Notes: generated by a model from the sequence alone, not told the origin. Counted from the first letter of the stretch, positions 51,577 through 62,927 are shown. The stretch is 64,000 nucleotides of DNA from Promethearchaeota archaeon (GCA_048938105.1 JBHLMN010000027.1:1-64000), one strand, 5' to 3'. Translations and numbers: made by a program.

Positions 51577-52098
51577 TTCGAACATTATCATGTCTTCCCA
51601 GGTGAAATTTTAGTATGGAAAATACTGAATTGTATTTATTAGTCAGTATTTTGGTATTTGGAGTACTCATTCTCGGTTTTTTTATAATGATCTTCATGAG
51701 ATTTCTTAGAAAGATCACTAGATAGCTTAAAAAAGAAGGTGGAAGAAATAAATGACAGAAATTCCTATAATCCTGATCTTGCTTTTCTTAGGACTGATAA
51801 TTTTAAGTTTAGCCTATTTTATCAGATTTCTTTTAAAAATAACTAGATAAATGAGTCGAATTAGTTCATATGTTGTATCTACTTTTAATTAAAGAATAAT
51901 ATTAATCCTTTTCAATGCTATTTGTCGGAATCTTTTGAAAAGCTCTTCCATGTTTCTCGAATCTTTTTTGCATTTATAAGATAAGCTCGTAGATGTTGAT
52001 ACTTCAACGACTTTTCTATCGGAGTTTCTTGAGGTTTTATTTCTTCCAATGTCAAAGCTCATCTGTTTATTTAATGCAGTAACTTCTTCAGAAATGGA

Positions 52099-52986
52099 TC
52101 ATACCTCTTTAATGGGACAGTAAAGATCGAGAGCTAAATCTTCAGGAGATGCCTTAGGGTTGAGGGGTTTTTCTAGAAACTGATGAGCTCCAAAATCATA
52201 TTTACTTGATTTCTTTACCCATGTAGCAAGTTTTTTCCAAGCAGGGATTATATTCAATTCAGGATCAATAATTAATCTAGTTGTTGTGACGGCGTATAAT
52301 CCTCCTTTAAACTCTTTCACGTTAATATCCCCCTCAGGTTGGATCTCGGAGTCGATTTTAATCCAAAATTCATACCCATACTCTGCTTTATCAGGGGAGG
52401 GATCTGGATTGTTGAAGCCGAAGACAGGATATTTTTCGTGATCATCCAACAGTCCTTTTTCATTTGCCCAAGATCGCATCTTTTCCCAAGCATCATTTTC
52501 TGGACTTTTACTTATAACTCGTACACTAGCTACTCGCATCGGTTCGAGAGTGGCTATTCGTACATCTAAATCGGTTGCTATTTTTGGTTCATCATTCATG
52601 ACTTCATCTCCATAGGTTGTATATTTTCCAATAAGACGTTGTATTATTTCCAACCTTTCCTGTTCGCGAACTTTCATCTCTAAATAACCTTGAGCAATAT
52701 GTTGAATAATATCCTCGCCATCTTCAGTAAGTCTGTATTGCCCACGATCTATCTTTTGTATCAAATTCTTATTACTCAAGATGCTAAGATGATTACTTAA
52801 AGCACTTTTTTGAAGACCAGTTTTTTTCATTAAGTACTTGAATGTCTTAGGTTGATCAATCAGCATAGTTAGAATTCGCATCCGTTGAGGGTGATCGATA
52901 GATTTTAGAAGGGATATTATCTCATTAAGTGATTCTAATAGGAATTGTTCCATATTAGCACGTGTTTCGAAAGGCGGGTCAGTCAC
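52099..52986 (-). CDS. ArsR-type wHTH fused to a GyrI-like effector-binding domain
   Basis: HPQRMRIL...SALSNHL..L; LEPMRVASV...YGYEFWI...FKGGLYAV...LDLYCPI. Confidence 0.88.
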   Translation of the reverse strand: MTDPPFETRANMEQFLLESLNEIISLLKSIDHPQRMRILTMLIDQPKTFKYLMKKTGLQKSALSNHLSILSNKNLIQKIDRGQYRLTEDGEDIIQHIAQGYLEMKVREQERLEIIQRLIGKYTTYGDEVMNDEPKIATDLDVRIATLEPMRVASVRVISKSPENDAWEKMRSWANEKGLLDDHEKYPVFGFNNPDPSPDKAEYGYEFWIKIDSEIQPEGDINVKEFKGGLYAVTTTRLIIDPELNIIPAWKKLATWVKKSSKYDFGAHQFLEKPLNPKASPEDLALDLYCPIKEV

Positions 52987-53003
52987 GAAAGTCTCTCCTA
53001 CGA

Positions 53004-53028
53004 TCTTAAGACTTGTTTACTGAATTTT
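53004..53028 (-). promoter_or_regulatory. Conserved promoter/operator shared with 85-109
   Basis: 21/25 identity and matching spacing to the start codon. Confidence 0.6.
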
Positions 53029-53106
53029 CGGAAGTCATGAACTTCTGAACATGTTAACATTTTTAACTAATCCTACAATAAAGAATAAACAAGTAGAGAT
53101 TATTTA

Positions 53107-53559
53107 TTACTCCTTTAATGTTTTATTTGAGTAGTAAATCATTTGATAATGAGTGTCAGTTTCACTCTTTAAAATAAATCCCAATGACTTGTACAATCCG
53201 AAGGCTTTTTGATTCACCTTAAAGACTTGTAATTCAACATTTTTCTTCTCTTGTAAGCCTTTATTGATTAGATCTCGGATCAATGAACTACCGATACGCT
53301 TATTTTGATACTTGGGTATGATTTCGATAATATTAAGGAAAAATTTGTCTGGATGCTCCTCAACAGAAAAACAACCAATATCCTGTCCATCTTCTTGTAT
53401 GATGCAATATTTTTCTGGTTTAAAGTTCTTTTGATGGAAGTTACGTTGAACTTCTTCATCCCACCCCCAAATAATCGTAATGTATTCCTTTAATGTTTGC
53501 TTCTTAAGCTGAAAAAGGAATTCTGAGTCATCTTGCGTCGCAGGACGAAAATGAATCAT
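53107..53559 (-). CDS. GNAT-family N-acetyltransferase
   Basis: IIPKYQNKRIGS, VN.KA..LYKSLGF. Confidence 0.9.
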   Translation of the reverse strand: MIHFRPATQDDSEFLFQLKKQTLKEYITIIWGWDEEVQRNFHQKNFKPEKYCIIQEDGQDIGCFSVEEHPDKFFLNIIEIIPKYQNKRIGSSLIRDLINKGLQEKKNVELQVFKVNQKAFGLYKSLGFILKSETDTHYQMIYYSNKTLKE

Positions 53560-53853
53560 AAGTTACACTCAACTCACTCAAAATTAATATAAAAATCTCA
53601 GAATTTTCAACTTCTAAAATCACTTTAAAATATTTGATTTTCATTTAGTGTCGTTCATAATACTGTATATTAAACTAAATTTTTCCATTAGAATGTTTCA
53701 TTTCTTTAATATCTTCAATAGATAACAGTAATCTTATTGTTGAGGACTAATTATATAATAAGTAAAGGTTTATTTCAATTTTTCAGGGTTTTTTACATCA
53801 GGGATAACTAATGTGACACTTTTTTGGTCTTTTACAGCTAATAAGCTGTATTT

Positions 53854-54579
53854 TCAAAGATTTAGCTTCATTGTTCTCATATAATATGGCCCAGCTAGTG
53901 TATAAAACAAAAAAAACAAGAAAACACCTAAACCTGTCCAGAAATTTGATAAAAAGACAAACATTAATATTGTGATATAACCTATTCCTCGGAAAATTTT
54001 GTAGAATGTAGAGTAAGACACATGGGAGGGGTACTTTAAGTGGGTTATCATTAGGAGGCTTATACAAATTACAATAAAGCCAATATGGATTCCTTTGTTA
54101 AGAAGAAATGTAAGTTCTGGAGGACTGGCTGAAATAAGAACATTTAAAGATCCAATAATCAACGCTGCAATAGATGCTGGTAGCCCTTCAAAATAAACGC
54201 CTGTTTGGTGCCTCACAAAGCGAATAAGCCTATAACAACCGCACACAATGTAGACCAAAGCAATCGGAATTATAAATTCTAGTTGACCATTTTGTTTAAT
54301 AAAAATCAAGATAAATGATGGGACTAATATATAGGTAATTGCATCAGCAAAACTGTCCATATATACTCCTATATTTGAGTGTTGTTCAGTTTTTCTGGCA
54401 AAGAATCCGTCCAAAAAGTCAAACCCTGCTCCAATTATTATCAACCTAAGTGGCCAAAAAATATCTCCGATAATCGCGAAGTAGATACCCAGTAATCCCG
54501 CCAGACCATTTAATCCAGTAAAGATGAATGAGAGGATCCTGAAAATCCTCTTTTGATCGTGATAAAGAAAAAAGGTCAT
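53854..54579 (-). CDS. CDP-alcohol phosphatidyltransferase (PssA / archaetidylserine synthase-like)
   Basis: DFLDGFFAR...G.YMDSFAD signature; YRL.RF...FEGLP. Confidence 0.88.
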   Translation of the reverse strand: MTFFLYHDQKRIFRILSFIFTGLNGLAGLLGIYFAIIGDIFWPLRLIIIGAGFDFLDGFFARKTEQHSNIGVYMDSFADAITYILVPSFILIFIKQNGQLEFIIPIALVYIVCGCYRLIRFVRHQTGVYFEGLPASIAALIIGSLNVLISASPPELTFLLNKGIHIGFIVICISLLMITHLKYPSHVSYSTFYKIFRGIGYITILMFVFLSNFWTGLGVFLFFLFYTLAGPYYMRTMKLNL

Positions 54580-55562
54580 ATCTCTTCTTGGTTCCTATAA
54601 TCAAACTTAATAAATGAAGTTTGGAAATCTAGATTCATTTGGATCAATTTGGGATCTTTATTATTTGAATATAAGATAAATTTTTGCGATGGAATTAATA
54701 AGCGAGGGAAAGACAATAGTTTTGCCAAATAGACAGGATTCAAAGTAGAAATTAACACATTAGTTTGAGGAAGGATACGGAATATTGAAGTGAATATAGA
54801 TCGAACTATTGATGGGTGAACCTTTAAAAGATGATTAAATATAGAAAAATACCGTATTTGGCCAGTACGTAATAAGACAGAAAATTTATTAATTTTTCTA
54901 CCCTGTACTAGATGAATTGGTTGCGTTACTTGAAGAATGCACATTAATCGGTTCCTGAAATAGAAAGAGAACCATACTGGACGGTTATCCCAAGAAAGTT
55001 GAGGTACCCAATACTTCTGTTCCTTAAATACAAAATCCATCCAAAATTTTGGGGGAAAACGTGATTTTATAATTTTCATAAGGATACATTGTTTAGTTCT
55101 TGTAAAAAAAAAGTAGCGAAAGAGAATGGTTGTTGAAACACTCAGAACAGGATATAACTCTGTTTTTCTGGCATTATTCAGCATTTTAGTATTTGTTGCA
55201 TTGATTAAGAAGAGGTTTTGGGCTTTATTAGAAACACATTCTTTCTGAAAATAAGCTGCCATTTGTTTGTAAATCCCTTTATTTTGCCAAGCTGGATCAA
55301 CCTTTATGTTATGAACCCAGAAAAACGGTAAATTGATTGGTTCATTGTTTCTGAAAATTTCTAATGGATGTGCCCACAGCTGACCAATTATTTTTTTATC
55401 TTTACGAGCTACAACTGTGTGTACCCCTTTTGTTGAAAGCCATTGTTTATATTGGTTACTAGAGATAATAGGAGCAATTCTATTTTGGTAGAGGGAATAA
55501 TCATTCTGTAAAAGAGAAGGAATGTCTTCGATTGAAATATTTGATGAAATTTTAAACGTCAT
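54576..55562 (-). CDS. GNAT-fold protein
   Basis: IKVDPAWQNKGIY acetyl-CoA motif; ATGA overlap with the downstream gene. Confidence 0.7.
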   Translation of the reverse strand: MTFKISSNISIEDIPSLLQNDYSLYQNRIAPIISSNQYKQWLSTKGVHTVVARKDKKIIGQLWAHPLEIFRNNEPINLPFFWVHNIKVDPAWQNKGIYKQMAAYFQKECVSNKAQNLFLINATNTKMLNNARKTELYPVLSVSTTILFRYFFFTRTKQCILMKIIKSRFPPKFWMDFVFKEQKYWVPQLSWDNRPVWFSFYFRNRLMCILQVTQPIHLVQGRKINKFSVLLRTGQIRYFSIFNHLLKVHPSIVRSIFTSIFRILPQTNVLISTLNPVYLAKLLSFPRLLIPSQKFILYSNNKDPKLIQMNLDFQTSFIKFDYRNQEEI

Positions 55563-55696
55563 CGGGTTTTCACTTTAAATAGTCCTTTAGATTCCACCAT
55601 AATATCTTCTTTAGTTTTCTCTTTCACCTAAAATTAACTATATAAGTGATTAATTCTTAATAAATACATGCTGTATATAAATCAAGGAATTGAAAG

Positions 55697-56215
55697 ATGA
55701 ATATTCAAAAAAAGATAAGAATTAGCTTAATCCTTTTTTTCTTAATTATATTATATTTCTTAGCAATAAATTTAATTTATTTCGCTCCCCTGCCATATTC
55801 AGTAACAGAAGGAAGGTTTTCATTAGCAGCTACCGAAGATCAAATTATTTATGAACAGTGGAGTCGAAAAGTAACGGTGGATATTGAGCTGGTTACAGGA
55901 GGGCCCCTATTACTTATTCATACCATGATAAGTGATGATATTACAGACGAAATCACGAATGAAGGAACTTATCAGGATCAATTTCAAACGTGGAGGATCA
56001 CATTGAGCACGTGGGGAACTAACGCCACAAACGCTACAGGTACATACAAAATTATTGACCACACATCCCCTCTCTTGCCAAAGCCAAAACATAATTATGT
56101 TTCGTCATTTGAGATATATATCCGGTTTATGTTTTACGCAACAATCTTATTAATGGGATTAGGTTTTTTCATGTTCATTCTTATTGGCTTGTTTTACATA
56201 ATAAAGAAGAGATAA
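55697..56215 (+). CDS. Protein with N- and C-terminal TM helices
   Basis: 172-aa ORF. Confidence 0.65.
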   Translation: MNIQKKIRISLILFFLIILYFLAINLIYFAPLPYSVTEGRFSLAATEDQIIYEQWSRKVTVDIELVTGGPLLLIHTMISDDITDEITNEGTYQDQFQTWRITLSTWGTNATNATGTYKIIDHTSPLLPKPKHNYVSSFEIYIRFMFYATILLMGLGFFMFILIGLFYIIKKR

Positions 56216-57235
56216 GATCGTTACCAAGTTATCTATCAAAAGCCACTACTTAAGTCTAATTACTAGAAACGGTATTTTTGAGTAATATTGAAGATTAATA
56301 AATAAACGGAATTAATCGCTTGGTATGTTTCATATAATCTCTATATTCATCTCCAAAGAGTTCGATTAATTGTTTTTCTTCTACTTTAATACGCATAGCA
56401 TGAAATCTAATAACTAAGATGAGTATGATAATTGTGCTACCAAAACTGCAAAATGCCAAAGGATACCCGATCATAAGAAACATCGTGCCTAAATAAATCG
56501 GATGGCGTATATAGCGATATGTTCGACGCGTAATGAGCTTATGTTGTTCAGAGGTAACAACCATTGGCGTACCAAAACGTCCTAAAGTGACACGACTTAT
56601 CAATGTGATTATCCCACCAATAACCATAAAACAAATACCAAGAGTCCATATTATGACCATTGCCAATGATTCTGGAGGGAAATATGATTGAATAAGAATA
56701 ATATACTCTAAATATGGAACCATAGTCCATAAAGGAGCTGTAAAATCAAGCAAGATTATAATTATGGTGGTACAGGAACTAAGGTCTTTCTTACCCTTCT
56801 GATAGAATAAAGGACGGATAAGAATGTCCGCATCCAAAAAAAAATGAAACACTATAAAAATCGCTAAATACCTAATGTCGGTATAGATCTCTGGATAAAA
56901 GATGATAAAACCAATATTAAAGAAAAATAGCAAAAATAAAATTACTACAAGCTTTTTCCAAACTGCTGGAATTCGATAAAAGAATGTATCATTTTCTGCC
57001 ATAGTATCGCCATTTTCTTTAAGACGATAATATTAGTAGTCCTTATAAGATTTCTACTAATAATATATCCATTGATAGTATAGCCCCTCTCTTATCAAAA
57101 CCAAAGTATAATTACGTTTCGTCATTTGAGATATATATCCAGTTTATGTTTTACGCAACAATCTTATTAATGGGATTATGTGTTCCCATCCTCATAAGAA
57201 TTGGTCTTTTTTTACGTAATAAAGAGTAGAAAGTG
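56067..57235 (+). repeat. About 150-bp diverged direct repeat (56067-56212 and 57084-57235) flanking the ICMT gene
   Basis: Both copies contain GTTTCGTCATTTGAGATATATATCC(G/A)GTTTATGTTTTACGCAACAATCTTATTAATGGGATTA. Confidence 0.85.
56295..57002 (-). CDS. Isoprenylcysteine carboxyl methyltransferase family protein
   Basis: YRYIRHPIYLG, RIKVEE..L...FGDEYRDY...TKRLIPFIY. Confidence 0.9.
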   Translation of the reverse strand: MAENDTFFYRIPAVWKKLVVILFLLFFFNIGFIIFYPEIYTDIRYLAIFIVFHFFLDADILIRPLFYQKGKKDLSSCTTIIIILLDFTAPLWTMVPYLEYIILIQSYFPPESLAMVIIWTLGICFMVIGGIITLISRVTLGRFGTPMVVTSEQHKLITRRTYRYIRHPIYLGTMFLMIGYPLAFCSFGSTIIILILVIRFHAMRIKVEEKQLIELFGDEYRDYMKHTKRLIPFIY

Positions 57236-57357
57236 AAATAGTGTACTGGTAGGAGTCTATTCCAAAGATTTTTAAATCAAAATGCAAGTACAAATTGCAA
57301 AACGCAAGCGAATGTGGCCAAGAGTATTTTCGAAACTAGCTGAAGGAGTATGTAATT

Positions 57358-57756
57358 ATGACTTTTACTAAACGATGGAAAGCAGAATTAGGTATTTCTG
57401 TATTGATTTTCTTGGAATTTGGAGGAGTCGCCATTTGGGCGTTTATCACTCAAAATAATAATATTTTCATATCTTCTACCGTTCTTTCTGGAATTGGTTT
57501 TGTGTTTATTGCTTTCAAATTTTATGAGGTTAAATATCAGAAAAAAAGACTTGATGATGAAAGAATTGAGATGCTAACAGAACAAGCATATTTGATTTCA
57601 GCCATTGCAGGGGTAATTATGCTTCCACAAATAGCAATATTCGAAATTTTCACTGGTAATACTATTAGTGCCCTAGACACATTCGTTATTGTAGCAAATA
57701 CATTTCTAATTGTTTTTCTTGTGGTTGAAGTTTTTCAACAATACTTCTTATCGTAA
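57358..57756 (+). CDS. Four-TM membrane protein (DUF2178-like)
   Basis: DDER motif after TM2; paired with an XRE regulator. Confidence 0.7.
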   Translation: MTFTKRWKAELGISVLIFLEFGGVAIWAFITQNNNIFISSTVLSGIGFVFIAFKFYEVKYQKKRLDDERIEMLTEQAYLISAIAGVIMLPQIAIFEIFTGNTISALDTFVIVANTFLIVFLVVEVFQQYFLS

Positions 57757-57764
57757 TAATTGCG

Positions 57765-57968
57765 GTGATGAGGATAAAAAACCGTTTGAAAGTATTTCGA
57801 GCAGAAAACGATTGGACACAACAAGATGTTGCAGATAAATTAAATATAAGTAGACAGACTATTTCAGCAATCGAAAAAGAAAAATATAATCCTTCTCTTA
57901 CTCTGGCATTTAAGCTAGCACAAGTATTTAACTGTAAAATTGAAGATATTTTCATATATGAGGAATAA
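57765..57968 (+). CDS. Cro/C1 (XRE) HTH regulator
   Basis: WTQQDVADKLNISRQTISAIEKEKYNPSLTLAFKLA. Confidence 0.95.
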   Translation: MMRIKNRLKVFRAENDWTQQDVADKLNISRQTISAIEKEKYNPSLTLAFKLAQVFNCKIEDIFIYEE

Positions 57969-57994
57969 ATTGATTTAAATTAGAGGATAAGATA

Positions 57995-58747
57995 ATGGTT
58001 GAAGATCAAGATATTCAATTTAGAATCCAAGAATCTAAGAATGAAAACTCATCAAAATCGAATAAAAGATTTCATAATGACAGAATCATGATTACAACTC
58101 TCTTTTTTGCTTCTGTGATAACATTTCTCTTCTATACTGTGCCTGATTGGGTTTTCATTGAGATTCCCACTCGTGATATTATTCACAATTTACTGAACCT
58201 CCTAGGAATAGAAAACATCCTCATCCCCACTATGGATCCCAACACTGTAGTCCCTGAATCTTTACGAGGGGGATCCTTTCCTTTTTTAGAAGCTACAGTC
58301 CACACTCCAGGCATTAGAATTCCATACCCAGACCCCATTCCAGACGGAGATTACTGGATTGTCAAAGCATGTACAGGAATGCAAGCAGGAGGATTACTAA
58401 CTGGTATTATTATTGTAACAGAAGCCCCAAAGATTGCGAAAATTCGGGCTATTCTTGCATTTCTTACCGTACTCTTTATTGGGAATGCTCTACGGATTAC
58501 ATTCCACTTATGGTGTGTTTATGTTCTAATTATGCAGTTTCAAATGGATCCTAATCAAGCATTTTACTGGGCACATGATGTTTCTACTAAAGTTATTGGT
58601 TTTTTTGGAACAATTTTGTTTGCATTCATTATTGAGAGAATTGGGGGTGTTCCAATCATTGATCAATTCGCAGATTGGTTAGATTGGATGTGGTGGCGAC
58701 TTATATATGTAAAGTCTAAATTAGTTATTTTTCTAGGCTATAGATGA
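57995..58747 (+). CDS. Archaeosortase/exosortase family protein
   Basis: Catalytic triad context ACTG (Cys), NALRI (Arg), AHD (His); multiple TMs. Confidence 0.85.
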   Translation: MVEDQDIQFRIQESKNENSSKSNKRFHNDRIMITTLFFASVITFLFYTVPDWVFIEIPTRDIIHNLLNLLGIENILIPTMDPNTVVPESLRGGSFPFLEATVHTPGIRIPYPDPIPDGDYWIVKACTGMQAGGLLTGIIIVTEAPKIAKIRAILAFLTVLFIGNALRITFHLWCVYVLIMQFQMDPNQAFYWAHDVSTKVIGFFGTILFAFIIERIGGVPIIDQFADWLDWMWWRLIYVKSKLVIFLGYR

Positions 58748-59009
58748 CCTGATTACCGATCAAATTGCCAATTAGCGCGATTATTTCTATTCAATAGAAA
58801 ACAACTAAATTCTTTTCCCAAGGAGCTTCTGTTAATTCAAGAATCTTTAAAAATACTTGAAGTGAATTTAAATTCACGAAATCATGACTCTCTAAATAAG
58901 ATCGATTTAATCTTTCGGTTTCTCATATTAAGATGAAGAGGCCTTTTTTACTTAACTAAATGAATTTAACCAATAATGCAACACCAAATGGTGAACTGAG
59001 ATCGTTAGC

Positions 59010-60461
59010 ATGGAGCATTTCTTAATACTAGAATTCATTAATGCCTTTAATACGACATTATGTTCCATATTCATTGTAATTATCATCATATATCTCATTG
59101 AAAATCCTAATCTCCGCACAAATAAGAATAACGCTTTGATTTTAACATTTTTATCGCTTTCTCTTTTTTTCTTTAGTAATTATCTTTATTATTCCTTTGA
59201 TGCCCATCAGATATTTGTCTATCCATATATTGAGGGCTTCTTAGATTTTCTTTTGAGTGTAACTGTCTTTCTTTGTTTGATATTCTATACTCTGTTCTTA
59301 TTCTTGGAAACCCAAGAAAAAATACTTCTTTTTCAAATGATTTTTATTATTAGTTTATTCATCATCTTGGGAGTTGTAGTAGTAGGTTTAATATTAATAA
59401 CGACAGGTATTGAAGAAATATTTCTTTATAATGTACTTGCCATTGGAGGTACCGTAATAGGCTCAATACTCGGATCCATTACGTTATCAAAAACAGCTCG
59501 TGAAAAATTATTTCCTGTACAAGATCGCTTATTAATGAGACGGAAAAATCTAAGGTTTTTAGGAATAGGAATCGTGTTTATCAGTATAGGATCATACTTA
59601 CAACTCTTAACTATTTCTATGCCTGAAATAATTTTTTTAATAGTCATCATGATGTCTGCAGGTGTTTTTTTGTTTTTCATTGCAATTACAAAAACTCGTG
59701 AACATCTGAGAGAAGTGTCATTACGAATCATCGAGAGTCAGCTAGACGATTTGAGAGAAGTTGATCGATTAAAAACTCAGATAATTGATATTTCATCGCA
59801 CGAGATGCGTACACCGATCGCAGTGATTAAAGGCCATTTTGATTTACTTGCTTCTGATGAAACTAACAATCAGATGACCTCTCACACACGAGAAAAAAGC
59901 TTTAAAGCAATAAAACGAAATATTGAACGAATAGAACGCTCATTAGTCAATATCTACGACTTCTCTGCAATAAGGAGAGATGTGTTTGATTTTCATTTTG
60001 AAAAAGCTGACTTGGTTAATGTTCTTAATAACACTATCAACGATATGAAAGGTTTGGTAGAACAAAAAGGATTGTCTATCTCGTTTGAGACAGCCAACAT
60101 CCATAACTGTTTTCTTAAAATGGATCCAGTTCGCATTTCTCAAGTTATTCGAAATCTTCTAGAAAATGCAATTAAGTATTCAGTAAAGGGAGAAATTGTA
60201 GTTCGACTACAAGAAACGAAAAATAGATACATTGTCTCTGTAACCGATCAAGGCGTTGGTATTGATGAAGAGACTATGAAGACTGTTTTTGATCCATTTA
60301 AAGGACAGATTCAATCAACAGTAGATGTCAAAGGATTAGGCCTAGGATTATTCATTTCTAAGAATATTATTGAAGGGCACAACGGGAGAATCTGGGTAAC
60401 ATCAGAGGGGAGGGGAAGTCAATTTTACTTTAGTCTTCCTAAAGTGGCAATTAGATCGTAG
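59010..60461 (+). CDS. Membrane sensor histidine kinase
   Basis: About 7 TMs; SHEMRTP, NLLENAIKY, DQGVGI, GLGLGL. Confidence 0.92.
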   Translation: MEHFLILEFINAFNTTLCSIFIVIIIIYLIENPNLRTNKNNALILTFLSLSLFFFSNYLYYSFDAHQIFVYPYIEGFLDFLLSVTVFLCLIFYTLFLFLETQEKILLFQMIFIISLFIILGVVVVGLILITTGIEEIFLYNVLAIGGTVIGSILGSITLSKTAREKLFPVQDRLLMRRKNLRFLGIGIVFISIGSYLQLLTISMPEIIFLIVIMMSAGVFLFFIAITKTREHLREVSLRIIESQLDDLREVDRLKTQIIDISSHEMRTPIAVIKGHFDLLASDETNNQMTSHTREKSFKAIKRNIERIERSLVNIYDFSAIRRDVFDFHFEKADLVNVLNNTINDMKGLVEQKGLSISFETANIHNCFLKMDPVRISQVIRNLLENAIKYSVKGEIVVRLQETKNRYIVSVTDQGVGIDEETMKTVFDPFKGQIQSTVDVKGLGLGLFISKNIIEGHNGRIWVTSEGRGSQFYFSLPKVAIRS

Positions 60462-60483
60462 TTTACTTACATTAACTTGGATA

Positions 60484-62566
60484 TTATTTTTTATTATTTA
60501 AGTATTGATCGATTTCAGTTCCAGTTTTTAAAGGGAGAGAACATGTGAAATTTTTACAGATGAACGAAGTACCATCAAACCAGTCTTGATTATCCTGTGC
60601 TTTAAGTCTTTGTTCAATCAGGGGTAGGCTCTTTATGTCATTAATAGTATTGACATTCACCTGGAGAAAGACTGCTTGAGGTAGAAATGTGGTGCGTAGA
60701 TATTTCTCTGAAGAATCAGAATTAGTGAGCTCCCTACTGTTGAAAGAGATTATTTCTATAGGTTTATTGAAAAACATATCCAAAGCAATAAGAGTATCAC
60801 CGCTTAAGTAACCATGTTCTTGAAACCAACCAATTAAGAAATAAACCTGTTTTTCAGCTCTTTCTAAGTAGTTATTATTACCTGTATAATGATACAATCT
60901 AAGAAGATTCTCAAGGCTTATTGCATTTGCACTAGGAAGAGAAAAAGTAATTACTGGCTTTTCTGGGACAGCTAAGTCCTCTTGCCAACTTCCACTAAAA
61001 AAAATATCCATTATTGTCTGAATCCCAGAATTCCTTGTCATAAATGGTTTGCAACTGGATTGCTTCATCTAAATAGATTTTCTTTCCAGATTTTGAGAAG
61101 AGCTCCAATAGTGCGTATATCATAAGAGCATAATCTTCTGCAAAAGCCAAGGATTTTACTTTGTCCCGAAAATTGCGATATAATCTTCCTGAGTCTTCTC
61201 GTAAACGAGTGAGAATGAAATTAGCTGCTTTTTCAGCTGAAACTAAATATGTGGGTTCATTCAGTATAAAAGATGCTTTGGTTAACGCATGTATGGTCAA
61301 TGCATTCCAAGCTACTATTATATTGTCATTTAAGATTGGTTTTTCACGTTTTTCCCGGTGTGAGAACAGTCTATACTTGAGTTGTTTAACTTCATTCCAA
61401 GTTATATCCTTTTGAATAGCTGAAGATAACTCTGGTGTTTCATGGAGGACGGAATATCCATTTTCAAAGTTACCGTCTTTCGTTACTCCGTAATAGGTAC
61501 TGAATTTATTTCCATCTTTATCACCTAGGATATTTTTAATTTCATCCAGCGTCCAAACAAAGAATTTCCCCTCAATACCCTCAGAATCAGCATCTTGAGA
61601 AGAATAGAATCCACCATACTCTGGATGAACCATTTCCCTGTTTAAATATTCAATTATTTCTCGCACTATTTCAGCATATCCTTGATTCTGCGTTGCTTGA
61701 TAAGCCTCTAGATAGAGTAAAATCAGCTGTGCGTTATCATAGAGCATTTTCTCGAAATGAGGGATTAACCATTTCCTATCAACGGAATACCTATGAAAAC
61801 CATAGCCTAAGTGGTCATAAATCCCTCCAGCTGCCATATTATAAAGAGTTAAGGTAACAGGTTTGAGTAGCTCACGATTTTTTTGCCGACGATAATAGGA
61901 TAAAAGTAAAAAACGAAGATCACTAACCTGAGGAAATTTTTGTTGGAAACCGAATCCTCCAAAGATATTGTCAACTTGATCTGTTAATCGGATCAATGAT
62001 GAATCGAGTATGTCACTTAACATTGAAACATCGTTAATAGCTTGTACAGAAGATTGAGATTTGAGATTTAAGAGAACTTGTTGAGTTATTTCTTGAATCT
62101 GTTGAGGATTCTTATGATATTCACTTGAAACGGATTGAATGACTTGTTTGAAACTCGGAAGACCATAAGTAGCAGATTTGGGAAAATAGGTTCCTCCAGC
62201 AAAAGCATCCCCAGTTGGAGTAGCGAAAACAGTAAGAGGCCATCCTCCACCTCTCCCAGTTAATAGAGAAACTGCTTTCTGATAAAATGAGTCTAGATCT
62301 GGTCGTTCTTCTCTGTCTACTTTTATATTTATGAATAGCTTATTCATTAGCGCGGCAGTTTCTAAATCCTCAAATGATTCCCTTTCCATAACATGGCACC
62401 AATGACACGCAGCGTAGCCTATTGAAATAAGCAGTGGTTTGTTTAATTGTTTTGCTTTCGTCAATCCTTCTTCCCAGGAATACCATTCAACAGGATTATA
62501 CATATGTTGATGAAGATATGGACTTGTTTCATCAGCTAAATGATTGGTTTGTCTGTTCTGATCCAT
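60484..62566 (-). pseudogene. YyaL/SPATA20-like thioredoxin-domain protein, frameshifted at an 8-T run
   Basis: SPYLHQH, CHWCHVMERESF, PHFEKMLYDNA. GYFF is followed by TAG; removing one T (run at 60997-61004) joins it to SGSWQEDL...PSANA...FTCSLP. Confidence 0.85.
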
Positions 62567-62927
62567 GGATAATCCAATCCACTTATATAATCATTTTTAC
62601 TTAAAAATAAAAAAGAAAATGTTTTCAATTTCGAAAAGTAGTGTCTTAAATAATTATTAGCAAAAAAAAAAGTTTTTATACAACCAAAACCTTCAGAAGA
62701 ATAAAATGACTTTTATATCTGAGATGTTTATGTCGAAAAACACTAGAAACAGTTATTCTGCTAATATTGCTAATTTCCATTTCCTAACTGATTTATATGT
62801 TTCTTATTCCCGATAGAGAACGCAAACGACATGAATGACTATTACTAGTCGTGAATAAAAAGATGAACGTTCCCAATCTCGAAAAATAGCTAAAAAGAAG
62901 GGATTAGGATTTTAATAAATGATTCTT

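Noticed and set aside
51890-52098. Open frame continuing past the TGA of the ArsR-GyrI gene
   Set aside because: The GyrI domain ends normally at LYCPIKEV and the extension has no recognisable motif.
59010-60461. Histidine kinase without an adjacent response regulator
   Set aside because: Orphan kinases are common, and the partner may lie elsewhere.
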